Origin: Bacteroidota bacterium
GTDB taxonomy: Bacteria; Bacteroidota; Bacteroidia; JADZBD01
Direction: 5' to 3'
Length of the DNA stretch: 64,000 nucleotides
Assembly: GCA_040756415.1 (NCBI GenBank)
Contig: JBFLYZ010000015.1
Coordinates: 87 to 64,086 of the forward strand
Shown: in pieces, positions 44,874-54,019 of the stretch
Layout: each line of letters opens with the position of its first letter
How positions within the stretch are numbered: the first letter of the stretch is position 1
The notes under the pieces: generated by a model
What the model saw: only the letters and a program-made list of their open reading frames with translations
Database searches by the model: none
What the model was told of the DNA's origin: nothing
Made by a program: the position numbers and the translations under genes

Positions 44874-44915
44874 TTCTCTGTGAACCTCCGTGTTCTCCAT
44901 GATCTCTATGGTAAA
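44873..44915. repeat. Upstream arm of the inverted repeat around GxxExxY #1
   Basis: Reverse complement TTTACCATAGAGATCATGGAGAACACGGAGGTTCACAGAGAAA aligns with 44402-44443. Confidence 0.85.
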
Positions 44916-44919
44916 AAAA

Positions 44920-46005
44920 TTATTTATTCATGAATTCACAGATCAACTGATGAAAATGATGCGTGCCTGTTTCGCGCTTGGGTGAGTATCGCCCCCCCGG
45001 GTACATCCTCGATTTAATCCCTTTTTGAACCAGCTCTACAATGGCCTCATCTTCACGCTCTACCTTGTCGAGCGCGCTGCCGGCTCCCTGCTCAAGCTTC
45101 GAGGGGTCGTAGATATAGGTAATGAATGAAACTTTGGTCAATTCGGGCGACAGGGGCCGTATCACGTTCACCGATAAGCCCCAGGGGTAAAAATTGAACA
45201 TGAGGTTGGGGAACAGCCAATAGTAATAAGCGGCCACTTTCCTGCCGTGATCGGGATGCCCTGCCGGAAGGTTAAAGCTCATATCGCTACCCTTGGCATA
45301 GGCCAACTGGAGGTTGGAGTAGGGATAGAGCTCCGTTACATACGTATTATAATCGATGGCACCGCTCAATCCCGGGTGGATGTAAGGAATATGAAAGCCC
45401 TCCAGGTAATTCTCGCAGTATAGGGCCCAGTGGCATTTGACCAGGTAATCGCGTGAGCGCACCGGATCGCATTTGAATTCCTGCAAAGGCAGAAAATCCA
45501 GGCGCTTTTTCATTTCGCCTATGGATTGATCCAGCGCAATGGCCGGCTTCACCGAGGCGAAGATGAGCTTGCTCCAGAGCCCGAAGGGTACCCTGGCAAG
45601 GTCGTCTTTCGCAGAAGGGAAGTTCTCCACCCCTTCGAATTCGGGCATGGACTCGAACTTGCCGTTGAGCCTGAACCTGCGCCCATGGTAGCGGCAGCGC
45701 AGGCTGTTCTCAATGCAGGGCGATTCAACAAGGATGTTGCCCCGGTGCGTGCATACGTTGGACATGCAGTGGATCGTGTCGTCCTTATCACGGGCCAACA
45801 GCACCGGCTCGTCCAGGAAGCCTTCCAGCAGGGTATGTGGCAGCAACTGGCCCGAAACGCGGATGCTGTCGGTGTCGCCCACAAACTGCCAGGTGGAAGC
45901 GAAGATCTTCTCTTTGGAAAGGTCCCAGAAAGCGCGGTCGGTATAGAACTCCGCAGCAAGGGTCTCCGCCTTCCGGATATCTTTATCGACAAAGAGCTTC
46001 TTCAT
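44920..46005 (-). CDS. Rieske non-heme iron oxygenase alpha subunit (choline monooxygenase-like)
   Basis: NVCTHRG...CRYHG Rieske motif; ENYLEGFHIPYIH iron site; ED motif. Confidence 0.88.
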   Translation of the reverse strand: MKKLFVDKDIRKAETLAAEFYTDRAFWDLSKEKIFASTWQFVGDTDSIRVSGQLLPHTLLEGFLDEPVLLARDKDDTIHCMSNVCTHRGNILVESPCIENSLRCRYHGRRFRLNGKFESMPEFEGVENFPSAKDDLARVPFGLWSKLIFASVKPAIALDQSIGEMKKRLDFLPLQEFKCDPVRSRDYLVKCHWALYCENYLEGFHIPYIHPGLSGAIDYNTYVTELYPYSNLQLAYAKGSDMSFNLPAGHPDHGRKVAAYYYWLFPNLMFNFYPWGLSVNVIRPLSPELTKVSFITYIYDPSKLEQGAGSALDKVEREDEAIVELVQKGIKSRMYPGGRYSPKRETGTHHFHQLICEFMNK

Positions 46006-46760
46006 GAATTCTTCCTGACTATATGGGCCGAATTGGCCTGGGCGGTGGGTGTGAGCACCACATCGAGGATGTTCACGTGGGCCGGGCGCGAGGCGATCCA
46101 CCACACCGTTTCGGCAATATCTTCGGCAGTGAGGGGCTGCAGGCCTTTATAAACGCTTTTGGCTTTTTCGGTGTCACCCGCAAAGCGCACAATGGAGAAT
46201 TCGGTCTCGGCCAGTCCAGGGTTAACGGAGCTCACGCGGATGTTGTGCGGCAGCAGGTCGATACGCATGCCTTTGTTGAGCGCATCCACCGCGAACTTGG
46301 AAGCGCAGTATACATTGCCGTTGGCGTAAACCTCTTTGGCGGCCGTGGAGCCGATGTTGATGATATGCCCCTTTTTGTTCGCCACCATGAGGGGAGCCAC
46401 CAGGCGCGTCATGTAAAGCAGGCCCTTGATATTGGTATCGATCATGCGTTCCCAGTCATCTATCCTGCCCTCGTGAATAGGGTTAAGCCCCGCGGCCAGT
46501 CCTGCGTTGTTGACCAGCACATCGATGTTCTTCCATTTCCCGCTCAGCGAACTGATCGCGTTTTCTACCTCATCGAGCCTGCGCACATCGAAGCGGAGCG
46601 CCAGCGTATCGGTCTTATACTTTGCGTTTAGTTCCTTAGCCAACTCATCCAGCCGCTCTTTCCTTCGCCCGGTAATGATCACATCGTACCCGTTCTTCGC
46701 GAAGAGCCGGGCCGTAGCCTTTCCGAAACCTGCCGTTGCACCCGTGATAAGCGCTATCAT
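46002..46760 (-). CDS. SDR oxidoreductase (YdfG-like)
   Basis: TGATAGFG, NNAGLA, YCASK, PGLAETEFS. Confidence 0.92.
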   Translation of the reverse strand: MIALITGATAGFGKATARLFAKNGYDVIITGRRKERLDELAKELNAKYKTDTLALRFDVRRLDEVENAISSLSGKWKNIDVLVNNAGLAAGLNPIHEGRIDDWERMIDTNIKGLLYMTRLVAPLMVANKKGHIINIGSTAAKEVYANGNVYCASKFAVDALNKGMRIDLLPHNIRVSSVNPGLAETEFSIVRFAGDTEKAKSVYKGLQPLTAEDIAETVWWIASRPAHVNILDVVLTPTAQANSAHIVRKNS

Positions 46761-48460
46761 GCCTTGTTGAGTTTACTGTTCCTGAATCCGAAAGAGAAAT
46801 AGATCATAAGCCCCAGGACCAGCCACACCAGGAACCAGAACCAGCTCGCCAGGGGTATCTGGGCCATCATGTAAAAGCAAAAGATCAGTCCCAGGACCGG
46901 GATCAGCGACAGGTTTTTCAGGAAGGAAAGAACGGTCATGACCGCAGCCAGGATGAGGAAGAGCAGCATGGGAATGGAGTCTTTGCTGAAACCGTTAAAA
47001 TACCCTTGCGCCATTTCTTTTCCGTAAACGTATACCAGCGCCAGGCTGCCGGCCGCCATCAGGGGCACGATGTAGCGGCCGTTGATGTAGGGCGTGCGGA
47101 ATTTGCCCTGCGGACGGTCCGGGTCGTCCTGTAGCTTCAGCACACCCGCGCATACGAGCACGAAGGCGAAGAGCGTGCCCATAGAGCAGAGGTCGAGCAC
47201 GATGTGGCTGGGGATGAAAAGCGTGGGTATAGCCACGCAAAACCCGGTAACGATAGTGGCGTACGAAGGCGTCTTGTACTTTTTGTGAACTTTTGAGAAT
47301 TTTTTCGGGAGCAGGCCATCGCGGCTCATGCTCATCCAGATGCGGGGCTGCCCGAGCTGGAAGACCAGGAGTACGCCCGTCATGGCGATCACAGCGCTAA
47401 CGGCAATGATGCCGGAGAACCATTTCATATCCAGCTTCTCGAATACATAGGCCAGCGGGTCGCCAACGGCCAGCTCGGCATAGTTCACCATGCCGGTAAG
47501 CACCAGCGCAATGAGTATGTACAGTACGGTGCATATAATGATGGCATACATGATGCCTTTGGGAAGGTCTCGCTCCGGGTCCTTACATTCTTCGGCCGTG
47601 GTCGATATGGCGTCAAAGCCGATGTAAGCGAAGAACACCGATGATACACCCTTCAATATGCCGCCAATGCCGTTGGGCGTGAAATCGCTCCAGTTATCGG
47701 TGTTAATGTGGAATATGCCCACCGCGATCACCAGCAGCACCACCGACAGTTTGATGACCACCATGGCATTGCTGGCGTTTCGGGTCTCTTTGATCCCGAT
47801 ATACACCAGCCAGGTGATAAAGACCACGATGGCTACAGCGGGCAGGTCGGCAATGATCCTCAGTCCACCGATAGCTGGTGCGTTCAGCCAGGCCTGATAG
47901 CCTTCCTGCACGCTGGCCGGCAGGTCGCTGAGCGCGGCACCTTTGGCCATATCGGCCGTAGCCGTAGTGAAGTGATTGGATGCCGAAACGTAATCGATGG
48001 TCATCCATTCGGGAAAATGCACGTTGAACGAGCCCATCAGCCCCGTAAAGTAATCCGACCAGGAAACGGCAACGGTCACGTTACCCACCGCGTATTCCAT
48101 GATCAGTGCCCAGCCTATGATCCAGGCCAGCAGCTCGCCAAAAGCCACGTACGAATAAGTATAAGCGCTTCCCGCTACCGGCACCATGGAGGCGAACTCC
48201 GCATAGGCAAATGCCGCGAAGCCGCAGGCCAGCGCGGTGAAGATGAACAGGAAGATAACGCCAGGCCCGCCTGCAGCGCTGGCGGTGCCGATGGTGGAAA
48301 AGATACCCGCGCCAATGATGGCAGCTATCCCGAAAGAGGTCAGGTCGCGCACCCCTAGGTGCTTGGCCAGCGGGGTGTATTCGGCATCGCTCTCGCCTTT
48401 TTTTGCCTGCTCCAGTATTTTAGAAACGGATTTTTTACGGAAGAGCTGATTGAAATTCAT
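46757..48460 (-). CDS. APC family (cationic-type) amino acid permease
   Basis: IIGAGIF, YAEFAS.VP.AGSAYTY, FFAYIGFD, MSRDGLLP. Confidence 0.93.
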   Translation of the reverse strand: MNFNQLFRKKSVSKILEQAKKGESDAEYTPLAKHLGVRDLTSFGIAAIIGAGIFSTIGTASAAGGPGVIFLFIFTALACGFAAFAYAEFASMVPVAGSAYTYSYVAFGELLAWIIGWALIMEYAVGNVTVAVSWSDYFTGLMGSFNVHFPEWMTIDYVSASNHFTTATADMAKGAALSDLPASVQEGYQAWLNAPAIGGLRIIADLPAVAIVVFITWLVYIGIKETRNASNAMVVIKLSVVLLVIAVGIFHINTDNWSDFTPNGIGGILKGVSSVFFAYIGFDAISTTAEECKDPERDLPKGIMYAIIICTVLYILIALVLTGMVNYAELAVGDPLAYVFEKLDMKWFSGIIAVSAVIAMTGVLLVFQLGQPRIWMSMSRDGLLPKKFSKVHKKYKTPSYATIVTGFCVAIPTLFIPSHIVLDLCSMGTLFAFVLVCAGVLKLQDDPDRPQGKFRTPYINGRYIVPLMAAGSLALVYVYGKEMAQGYFNGFSKDSIPMLLFLILAAVMTVLSFLKNLSLIPVLGLIFCFYMMAQIPLASWFWFLVWLVLGLMIYFSFGFRNSKLNKA

Positions 48461-48496
48461 CCGGGTGATTTTAAGCCATAAAAATAGAAAAATAAA

Positions 48497-49993
48497 TCAG
48501 GCGATAAGGCTTTTGAGAAAAGGCAGTCGGGCGGCCAGCTTTTCCTTGTCGAGCAGCAGCAGGGCGCAGGCAAAAAGAAAAGGAAGCGCGGGTACCTTAT
48601 AGCGCACAATGGCGCCCATGACCGGGGTGGTAAGCCCGATGAGGATGAAAAGCAGCACAACAAAGCAAAGGCCGGGATAGAAGTGACGCTTGTCGCATTT
48701 GCCCCGGGAGGAGAATATGACCGAAGCGAGGAGCAGGGCCAGGATGAACACGTTCTCTATGGCCGGAAGGGCCAGCAGCAGCGAGCCGGCTTCCCAGGGA
48801 TAAGGCCGGGCCAGGGTGTTCCAGAAAGCGGCAGGGGAATGGGCCAGCAGGCTTTGTACCGTAGTATCGAGCTTTCCTATGCCGATACGGCTGCCGGAGG
48901 GGGGCTGGCTGTAAAAGACCCAGTAAGATGAGGTGTCGAAATCAGATACAGCGGTAAGCGTGTCTTTCGGCCTTTCCCTGAACCAGTACGTATAGGGTAC
49001 TCCGTCCCGTATCCTGGCATAGCCCTTTGTCCCCGTTGGAATGATGGGATCTTTTATTGCGGGTTCTATGTACACAAACTTATTATCGTGCAGCAGGTGT
49101 GTGCCTCCTTCAGCCACGTGGATGAACATGCGTTGCTTGGTCACGATGCGTCCGGCCAGGTCGGCTTTGGGTACCAGCAGGGCCAGCGCACCAAACAGCA
49201 GCACAACCATGGCGGATTTCAGGAGGGCATAATTCTGCCCGCTTGCCTTTAGTGCCAGCCAGATCGCCAGCCCAGGCAGAAAGGCAATAAAGACATAGGC
49301 CTTGGTCAGCACCAGCAGGAAGGCGAATAGCAGGAAAAAGACAAGAGCCTTAAGCCGGTGGCCGCCCCCCGTCAGGAGGCTGAATTGCCTGATCATGCCG
49401 CCCATGGCGAATAAGGCCAGGCTTTCCTTGAGCACCCCTGATCCCCAGAACAGCAGGGAGGGGAAAAGGAAAAGCAATACCGCGAACGTACGCTGTTTGC
49501 CTTTCAATGCGGGCGCGAAGGTCTTATACAGCGCCACCAGCCCTGCCAGCGAGAGAAAAGCGAAGAAAACGGTATGCACGTTGAAATGGCCGAAGGAGAA
49601 CAGGCGCAGGATGGCGTTGGCGCGTATCATGGTGCGGTCTTCGTTGATCATGCCCCCCTCGAACTCGCGGTACCAGTGATCCATTTTCAGGTAGTACTGC
49701 TTCAGGTGCTCATCGCTGCCGGTGCCAAAAAGAAGATGTAAATAGTCAGCGGGAGAATTTTTGAGAGCGGCATGCACCACAGCGCTGTCGTCAAAATATT
49801 TATAGATGTCGGCCGAAGAGCGGTCAGTATAGTAATAGGTGTAGAGCCACCAGAGCGCAAGCCCGCCAGCCACTTTGAGCAGGAACGCCAGGGCCAGGAA
49901 GCTGCGCGTAATGCCATCGGCCGAAAAGAATTTCAGCTTATAGATCAGCACCAGGAAAATGATGCTGTAAAGCGCACATAATGAGGCTTCCAT
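48497..49993 (-). CDS. Polytopic membrane protein, possibly glycan polymerase/GT-C-like
   Basis: Many TM helices; PSLLFWGSGVLKE and GAIVRYK motifs; large soluble loop. Confidence 0.7.
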   Translation of the reverse strand: MEASLCALYSIIFLVLIYKLKFFSADGITRSFLALAFLLKVAGGLALWWLYTYYYTDRSSADIYKYFDDSAVVHAALKNSPADYLHLLFGTGSDEHLKQYYLKMDHWYREFEGGMINEDRTMIRANAILRLFSFGHFNVHTVFFAFLSLAGLVALYKTFAPALKGKQRTFAVLLFLFPSLLFWGSGVLKESLALFAMGGMIRQFSLLTGGGHRLKALVFFLLFAFLLVLTKAYVFIAFLPGLAIWLALKASGQNYALLKSAMVVLLFGALALLVPKADLAGRIVTKQRMFIHVAEGGTHLLHDNKFVYIEPAIKDPIIPTGTKGYARIRDGVPYTYWFRERPKDTLTAVSDFDTSSYWVFYSQPPSGSRIGIGKLDTTVQSLLAHSPAAFWNTLARPYPWEAGSLLLALPAIENVFILALLLASVIFSSRGKCDKRHFYPGLCFVVLLFILIGLTTPVMGAIVRYKVPALPFLFACALLLLDKEKLAARLPFLKSLIA

Positions 49994-50102
49994 CCTATAA
50001 ATATAAGAATAAGAACTGTTGAAAATTAATGCAAAAAATGAAAGTTACGGCAAGGGCTTTAATGAGTAAATTTGTTCTTCTTTTTTTGACAGAGAACCGA
50101 CC

Positions 50103-52331
50103 ATGACCACAACCGAAAAAGAGCAATTGACCACGGTAGAGACCGCGAAGAACCTGGGACTGCTTCCTGAAGAATTCGAGAGGATAAAAGAGATACTGGG
50201 CCGCACGCCCAATTTCACCGAGCTGAGCATTTACTCGGTGATGTGGAGCGAGCACTGCTCGTATAAAAATTCCATTGTCTGGCTGAAGACCCTTCCCAAG
50301 GAAGGGCCGCATATGCTGGCCAAGGCGGGCGAGGAGAACGCAGGCCTGGTGGATATCGGTGACGGCCTGGGCTGCGCCTTCAAGATCGAATCGCATAACC
50401 ATCCATCCGCGCTGGAACCATACCAGGGAGCGGCTACCGGGGTAGGCGGCATCAACCGCGATATCTTTACCATGGGCGCGCGCCCCATAGCCCAGCTCAA
50501 CTCGCTGCGCTTTGGCGACCTGAAGCTCGAAAAGACCAAGTGGCTGATCAAAGGGGTGGTGAAGGGCATAGGCGATTACGGCAACGCGTTCGGCATTCCT
50601 ACCGTTGGCGGTGAGGTGTTTTTTGACGAATGCTATAACGTTAACCCGCTTGTCAACGCGATGAGTGCCGGCATCGTAAAAAGAGGCGAGACCGTTTCGG
50701 CCATTTCCTACGGCAAGGGTAATCCGGTATTCATTGTAGGCTCCTCGACCGGCAAGGACGGCATACATGGGGCCGCCTTTGCCTCAAAGGACCTGACCGA
50801 AGATTCGGCAAAAGACCTGCCTGCCGTGCAGGTGGGTGATCCTTTCCAGGAAAAGCTCCTGCTCGAAGCCACGCTGGAGGTCATAAAAACGGGCGCTGTT
50901 ATCGGTATGCAGGATATGGGCGCTGCGGGCATTACCTGTTCTACTTCTGAGATGAGCGCCAAGGGCAGGCACGGTATGGTGGTTTGGCTGGATAAGGTGC
51001 CTACCCGGCAGGAGAACATGAAGGACTGGGAGATCCTGCTTTCCGAATCGCAGGAGCGCATGCTCATCGTGGTAAAGAAGGGTATGGAGAAAGAGGTGAA
51101 TGCCGTTTTTGAGAAGTGGGACCTGAACTGCGTGCAGATAGGAGAGGTCACCGAGGGCAACCGCCTGAAATATTACATGCATGGCGAGCTGGTGGCCGAT
51201 GTGCCCGCGGATACGCTGGTGCTGGGCGGTGGCGCTCCCGTTTACAAGCGGGAGTTCAAAGAGCCCGCCTACTATGCCGAATCGAAGAAGTTCAGGATAG
51301 AGAGCGTAGAGGAGCCGCGCGACCTCCGGCCGGCAGCAAAGCATTTGCTTTCGCATCCCAATATCTGCTCCAAGCGATGGGTCTACAACCAGTACGATTC
51401 CATGGTGGGAACGGTCAATATGAGCACCAATTCGCCCAGCGATGCGGCCATCGTGAACATCAAGGGCACGGACAAGGCCATAGCGCTGAAAGTGGATTGC
51501 AATTCGCGTTACGTGAATGCCGACCCGGAAACGGGCTGCGCCATTGCCGTAGCTGAATCGGCCAGGAACATTGTATGCAGCGGTGGAGAGCCCAGCGCCA
51601 TCACCAATTGCCTGAACTTCGGCAACCCCTATAACCCCGAGGTGTACTGGCAGTTCGTAGGCTCAATAAAAGGCATGGGGGCTGCGTGCACGAAATTCCA
51701 AACCCCCGTTACCGGTGGTAATGTGAGCTTTTACAACCAGTCCTCGTATGAAGGGCCGGTATTTCCCACCCCGACCATAGGCATGCTGGGCGTGCTCAAG
51801 GACAAGAGCAACCGCATGACGCTCGATTTCAAAAGCGAGGGCGACATCATCTACCTGGTAGGCGAGGCGCGTAACGATATATCCTCTTCCGAATATGTTT
51901 ATTCCTATCATAAGATCAAAAATACGCCCGCTCCCCATTTCGACCTGGACGAGGAGTACGAGGTGCAGCAGGCGGTAAAAAGCCTGATCAGCGGGAAGAT
52001 CATCCAGTCGGCACATGATGTTTCGGACGGAGGCCTGTTAGTAGCCCTTGCCGAATCGGCCATGCCGGGCGGGCTGGGATTCGAGGTGAACACGGATAAG
52101 AACATCAGGAAGGATGCCTGGCTTTTCGGTGAAAGCCAGAGCCGGGTTGTGGTATCCGTAAAGAAGGAGGAGGAGATCAGGCTGGTGGATGAGTTGAAAA
52201 AGTTCAAGGTGAAATTCTCCAAGATCGGTTTCGTAAAGGGAAAAGAGATGCGCATCGATGGAGAATCCTACGGCACCATTGCCGAGGCAAAGGAATGGTA
52301 TGACACTTCGCTGGAAAGCCTGCTGAAGTGA
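50103..52331 (+). CDS. purL: Phosphoribosylformylglycinamidine synthase subunit PurL
   Basis: [46 protein letters not shown]. Confidence 0.98.
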   Translation: MTTTEKEQLTTVETAKNLGLLPEEFERIKEILGRTPNFTELSIYSVMWSEHCSYKNSIVWLKTLPKEGPHMLAKAGEENAGLVDIGDGLGCAFKIESHNHPSALEPYQGAATGVGGINRDIFTMGARPIAQLNSLRFGDLKLEKTKWLIKGVVKGIGDYGNAFGIPTVGGEVFFDECYNVNPLVNAMSAGIVKRGETVSAISYGKGNPVFIVGSSTGKDGIHGAAFASKDLTEDSAKDLPAVQVGDPFQEKLLLEATLEVIKTGAVIGMQDMGAAGITCSTSEMSAKGRHGMVVWLDKVPTRQENMKDWEILLSESQERMLIVVKKGMEKEVNAVFEKWDLNCVQIGEVTEGNRLKYYMHGELVADVPADTLVLGGGAPVYKREFKEPAYYAESKKFRIESVEEPRDLRPAAKHLLSHPNICSKRWVYNQYDSMVGTVNMSTNSPSDAAIVNIKGTDKAIALKVDCNSRYVNADPETGCAIAVAESARNIVCSGGEPSAITNCLNFGNPYNPEVYWQFVGSIKGMGAACTKFQTPVTGGNVSFYNQSSYEGPVFPTPTIGMLGVLKDKSNRMTLDFKSEGDIIYLVGEARNDISSSEYVYSYHKIKNTPAPHFDLDEEYEVQQAVKSLISGKIIQSAHDVSDGGLLVALAESAMPGGLGFEVNTDKNIRKDAWLFGESQSRVVVSVKKEEEIRLVDELKKFKVKFSKIGFVKGKEMRIDGESYGTIAEAKEWYDTSLESLLK

Positions 52332-52347
52332 CGATTGAATAAAATAC

Positions 52348-52387
52348 GGGCCCGGTCCGCCTCAGGCGGACCGGGTTTTTTATTTTT
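52348..52387 (+). terminator. Intrinsic terminator
   Basis: CCCGGTCCGCC-TCA-GGCGGACCGGG followed by TTTTTTATTTTT. Confidence 0.85.
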
Positions 52388-52392
52388 GCTGC

Positions 52393-53124
52393 GTGAAGGA
52401 GCGTTCGAAGAAGATACTCAAAAAGCTGTGGCGCTTTGCCTGGAAGGCGGCCATGTGGTTCTTTATACTGAGCATTTTCAGCGTCATCCTGTTCCGCTGG
52501 GTGCCCGTCCCGGTCACGCCTTTCATGCTGGTGCGCTGCATGGAGCAGAAGCTGGACGGGAAGGATATGAAGCTGAGCAAGGATTGGGTGCCGCTCGAAA
52601 AAATATCGCCTCACCTGCAGCTTGCGGTGGTCTGTACCGAAGACCAGAACTTCCTGAAGCATTCGGGCTTCGATTACCAGGCCATCGAGCGGGCCCTGGA
52701 GCATAACAAAACGCATAAGCGCAAGCGGGGCGCCAGCACCATCAGCCAGCAGACCGCCAAGAATGTTTTTTTATGGCATGGCCGAAGTTGGGTGCGGAAA
52801 GGCTTTGAAGTTTATTTCACATTCCTCATCGAGACCTTCTGGAGCAAGGAGCGTATCATGGAAGTGTACCTGAACGTGATCGAGTTCGGTGACGGGGTAT
52901 ATGGCGCGGAGGCCGCTTCGCAGGAGTTCTTTAAGCGCAGCGCCATCGAGATCAGCAAGTCGCAGGCGGCCTTACTGGCAGCCGTATTGCCTAACCCGCG
53001 CAGGTTCTCGGCAAAAAATCCAGGTCCGTATATGCAGTCGCGCAGAGACTGGGTGCTGAACCAGATGCGCCTGTGGGGCGGGGTGCTCGATTACCATCCT
53101 AAAGAAAGCGAAAAGACCAAATAG
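52393..53124 (+). CDS. mtgA: Monofunctional peptidoglycan transglycosylase
   Basis: EDQNF..HSGFD, GASTISQQTAKN, RKGFE, YLNVIEFG, LAAVLPNP. Confidence 0.95.
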   Translation: MKERSKKILKKLWRFAWKAAMWFFILSIFSVILFRWVPVPVTPFMLVRCMEQKLDGKDMKLSKDWVPLEKISPHLQLAVVCTEDQNFLKHSGFDYQAIERALEHNKTHKRKRGASTISQQTAKNVFLWHGRSWVRKGFEVYFTFLIETFWSKERIMEVYLNVIEFGDGVYGAEAASQEFFKRSAIEISKSQAALLAAVLPNPRRFSAKNPGPYMQSRRDWVLNQMRLWGGVLDYHPKESEKTK

Positions 53125-53127
53125 CTT

Positions 53128-54018
53128 TTATTTATGCACCACCTTGCAGCCTTTTGGCAGCAGGGCCTTGAGCACGGCAGCATCGTAATCGCTGAACCCG
53201 TTGCCGCGTATGTCGAGCACCTGCAGGTTGGTGAGGAAGCAGATAGAGTCGGGCAGGCGGGTGAGCTGGTTGTTCCTGAGCGATAGGTATTCCAGGCTTT
53301 TCATGTGATAAATGGCCTCGGGCAGCTCGCTCAGCTTGTTGTTGTCCAGGATCAGGTATTGCAGGCTTTTGATATTAGCCACCTGGTAGGGCAGCCGGGT
53401 GAGGCTGGATTGTACGATGGTGAGCCGCTTGAGCTTCTGCAGCCGTCCTATGTCCGATGGCAGGCTGTCGATCTTCGAGTTGTAAATTAGCAGGTCGTTC
53501 AGCGAAGAAAGGTAGCCCAGGGCGTACGACAGCCTGAGCGTATCTTTCAGGTTGTTCTGTATATGCAGTATCTTCAGCTTATACAGGTACCCGAAATAAT
53601 GGGGAATAGAGTCCAGGTTGGTGTTCTGCAGGTCGAGGTACATGAGGTTCTGCAGGTTCCCGAAGCTTTTGGGAAGGGTGTCGATGGGATTGCCGCGCGT
53701 GGAGAAATAGATCAGGCTGTTGAGCTTGCCCATCTCTTCGGGCAGCTTGTGAATATTGTTATTGGCCAGGCTCATCACCTGCAGGTTGGTGAAGCTCCCT
53801 ATCTTCTTAAAGAGCTTGGCCGTATCGATGGGCTGGTCGTTGAGGTTAAGCTTATAAACCGTTTCTTTTTCTTTCAGCGCGGCCTTGATATCGGTATAGA
53901 TGGTCGCGTTCTCGGGGCCCAATATGGAAAAAGGCGCTTCCATCACGGTTTTCTGGGCAAAAGGAGCAGAGCTGAGTAAGGTCAGAAGTGCCGCGAGAGG
54001 CGCAACGATACGCTTCAT
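53128..54018 (-). CDS. Secreted leucine-rich repeat protein
   Basis: Signal peptide; ~23-aa LxxLxLxxNxLxxLP repeats. Confidence 0.9.
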   Translation of the reverse strand: MKRIVAPLAALLTLLSSAPFAQKTVMEAPFSILGPENATIYTDIKAALKEKETVYKLNLNDQPIDTAKLFKKIGSFTNLQVMSLANNNIHKLPEEMGKLNSLIYFSTRGNPIDTLPKSFGNLQNLMYLDLQNTNLDSIPHYFGYLYKLKILHIQNNLKDTLRLSYALGYLSSLNDLLIYNSKIDSLPSDIGRLQKLKRLTIVQSSLTRLPYQVANIKSLQYLILDNNKLSELPEAIYHMKSLEYLSLRNNQLTRLPDSICFLTNLQVLDIRGNGFSDYDAAVLKALLPKGCKVVHK

Positions 54019-54019
54019 A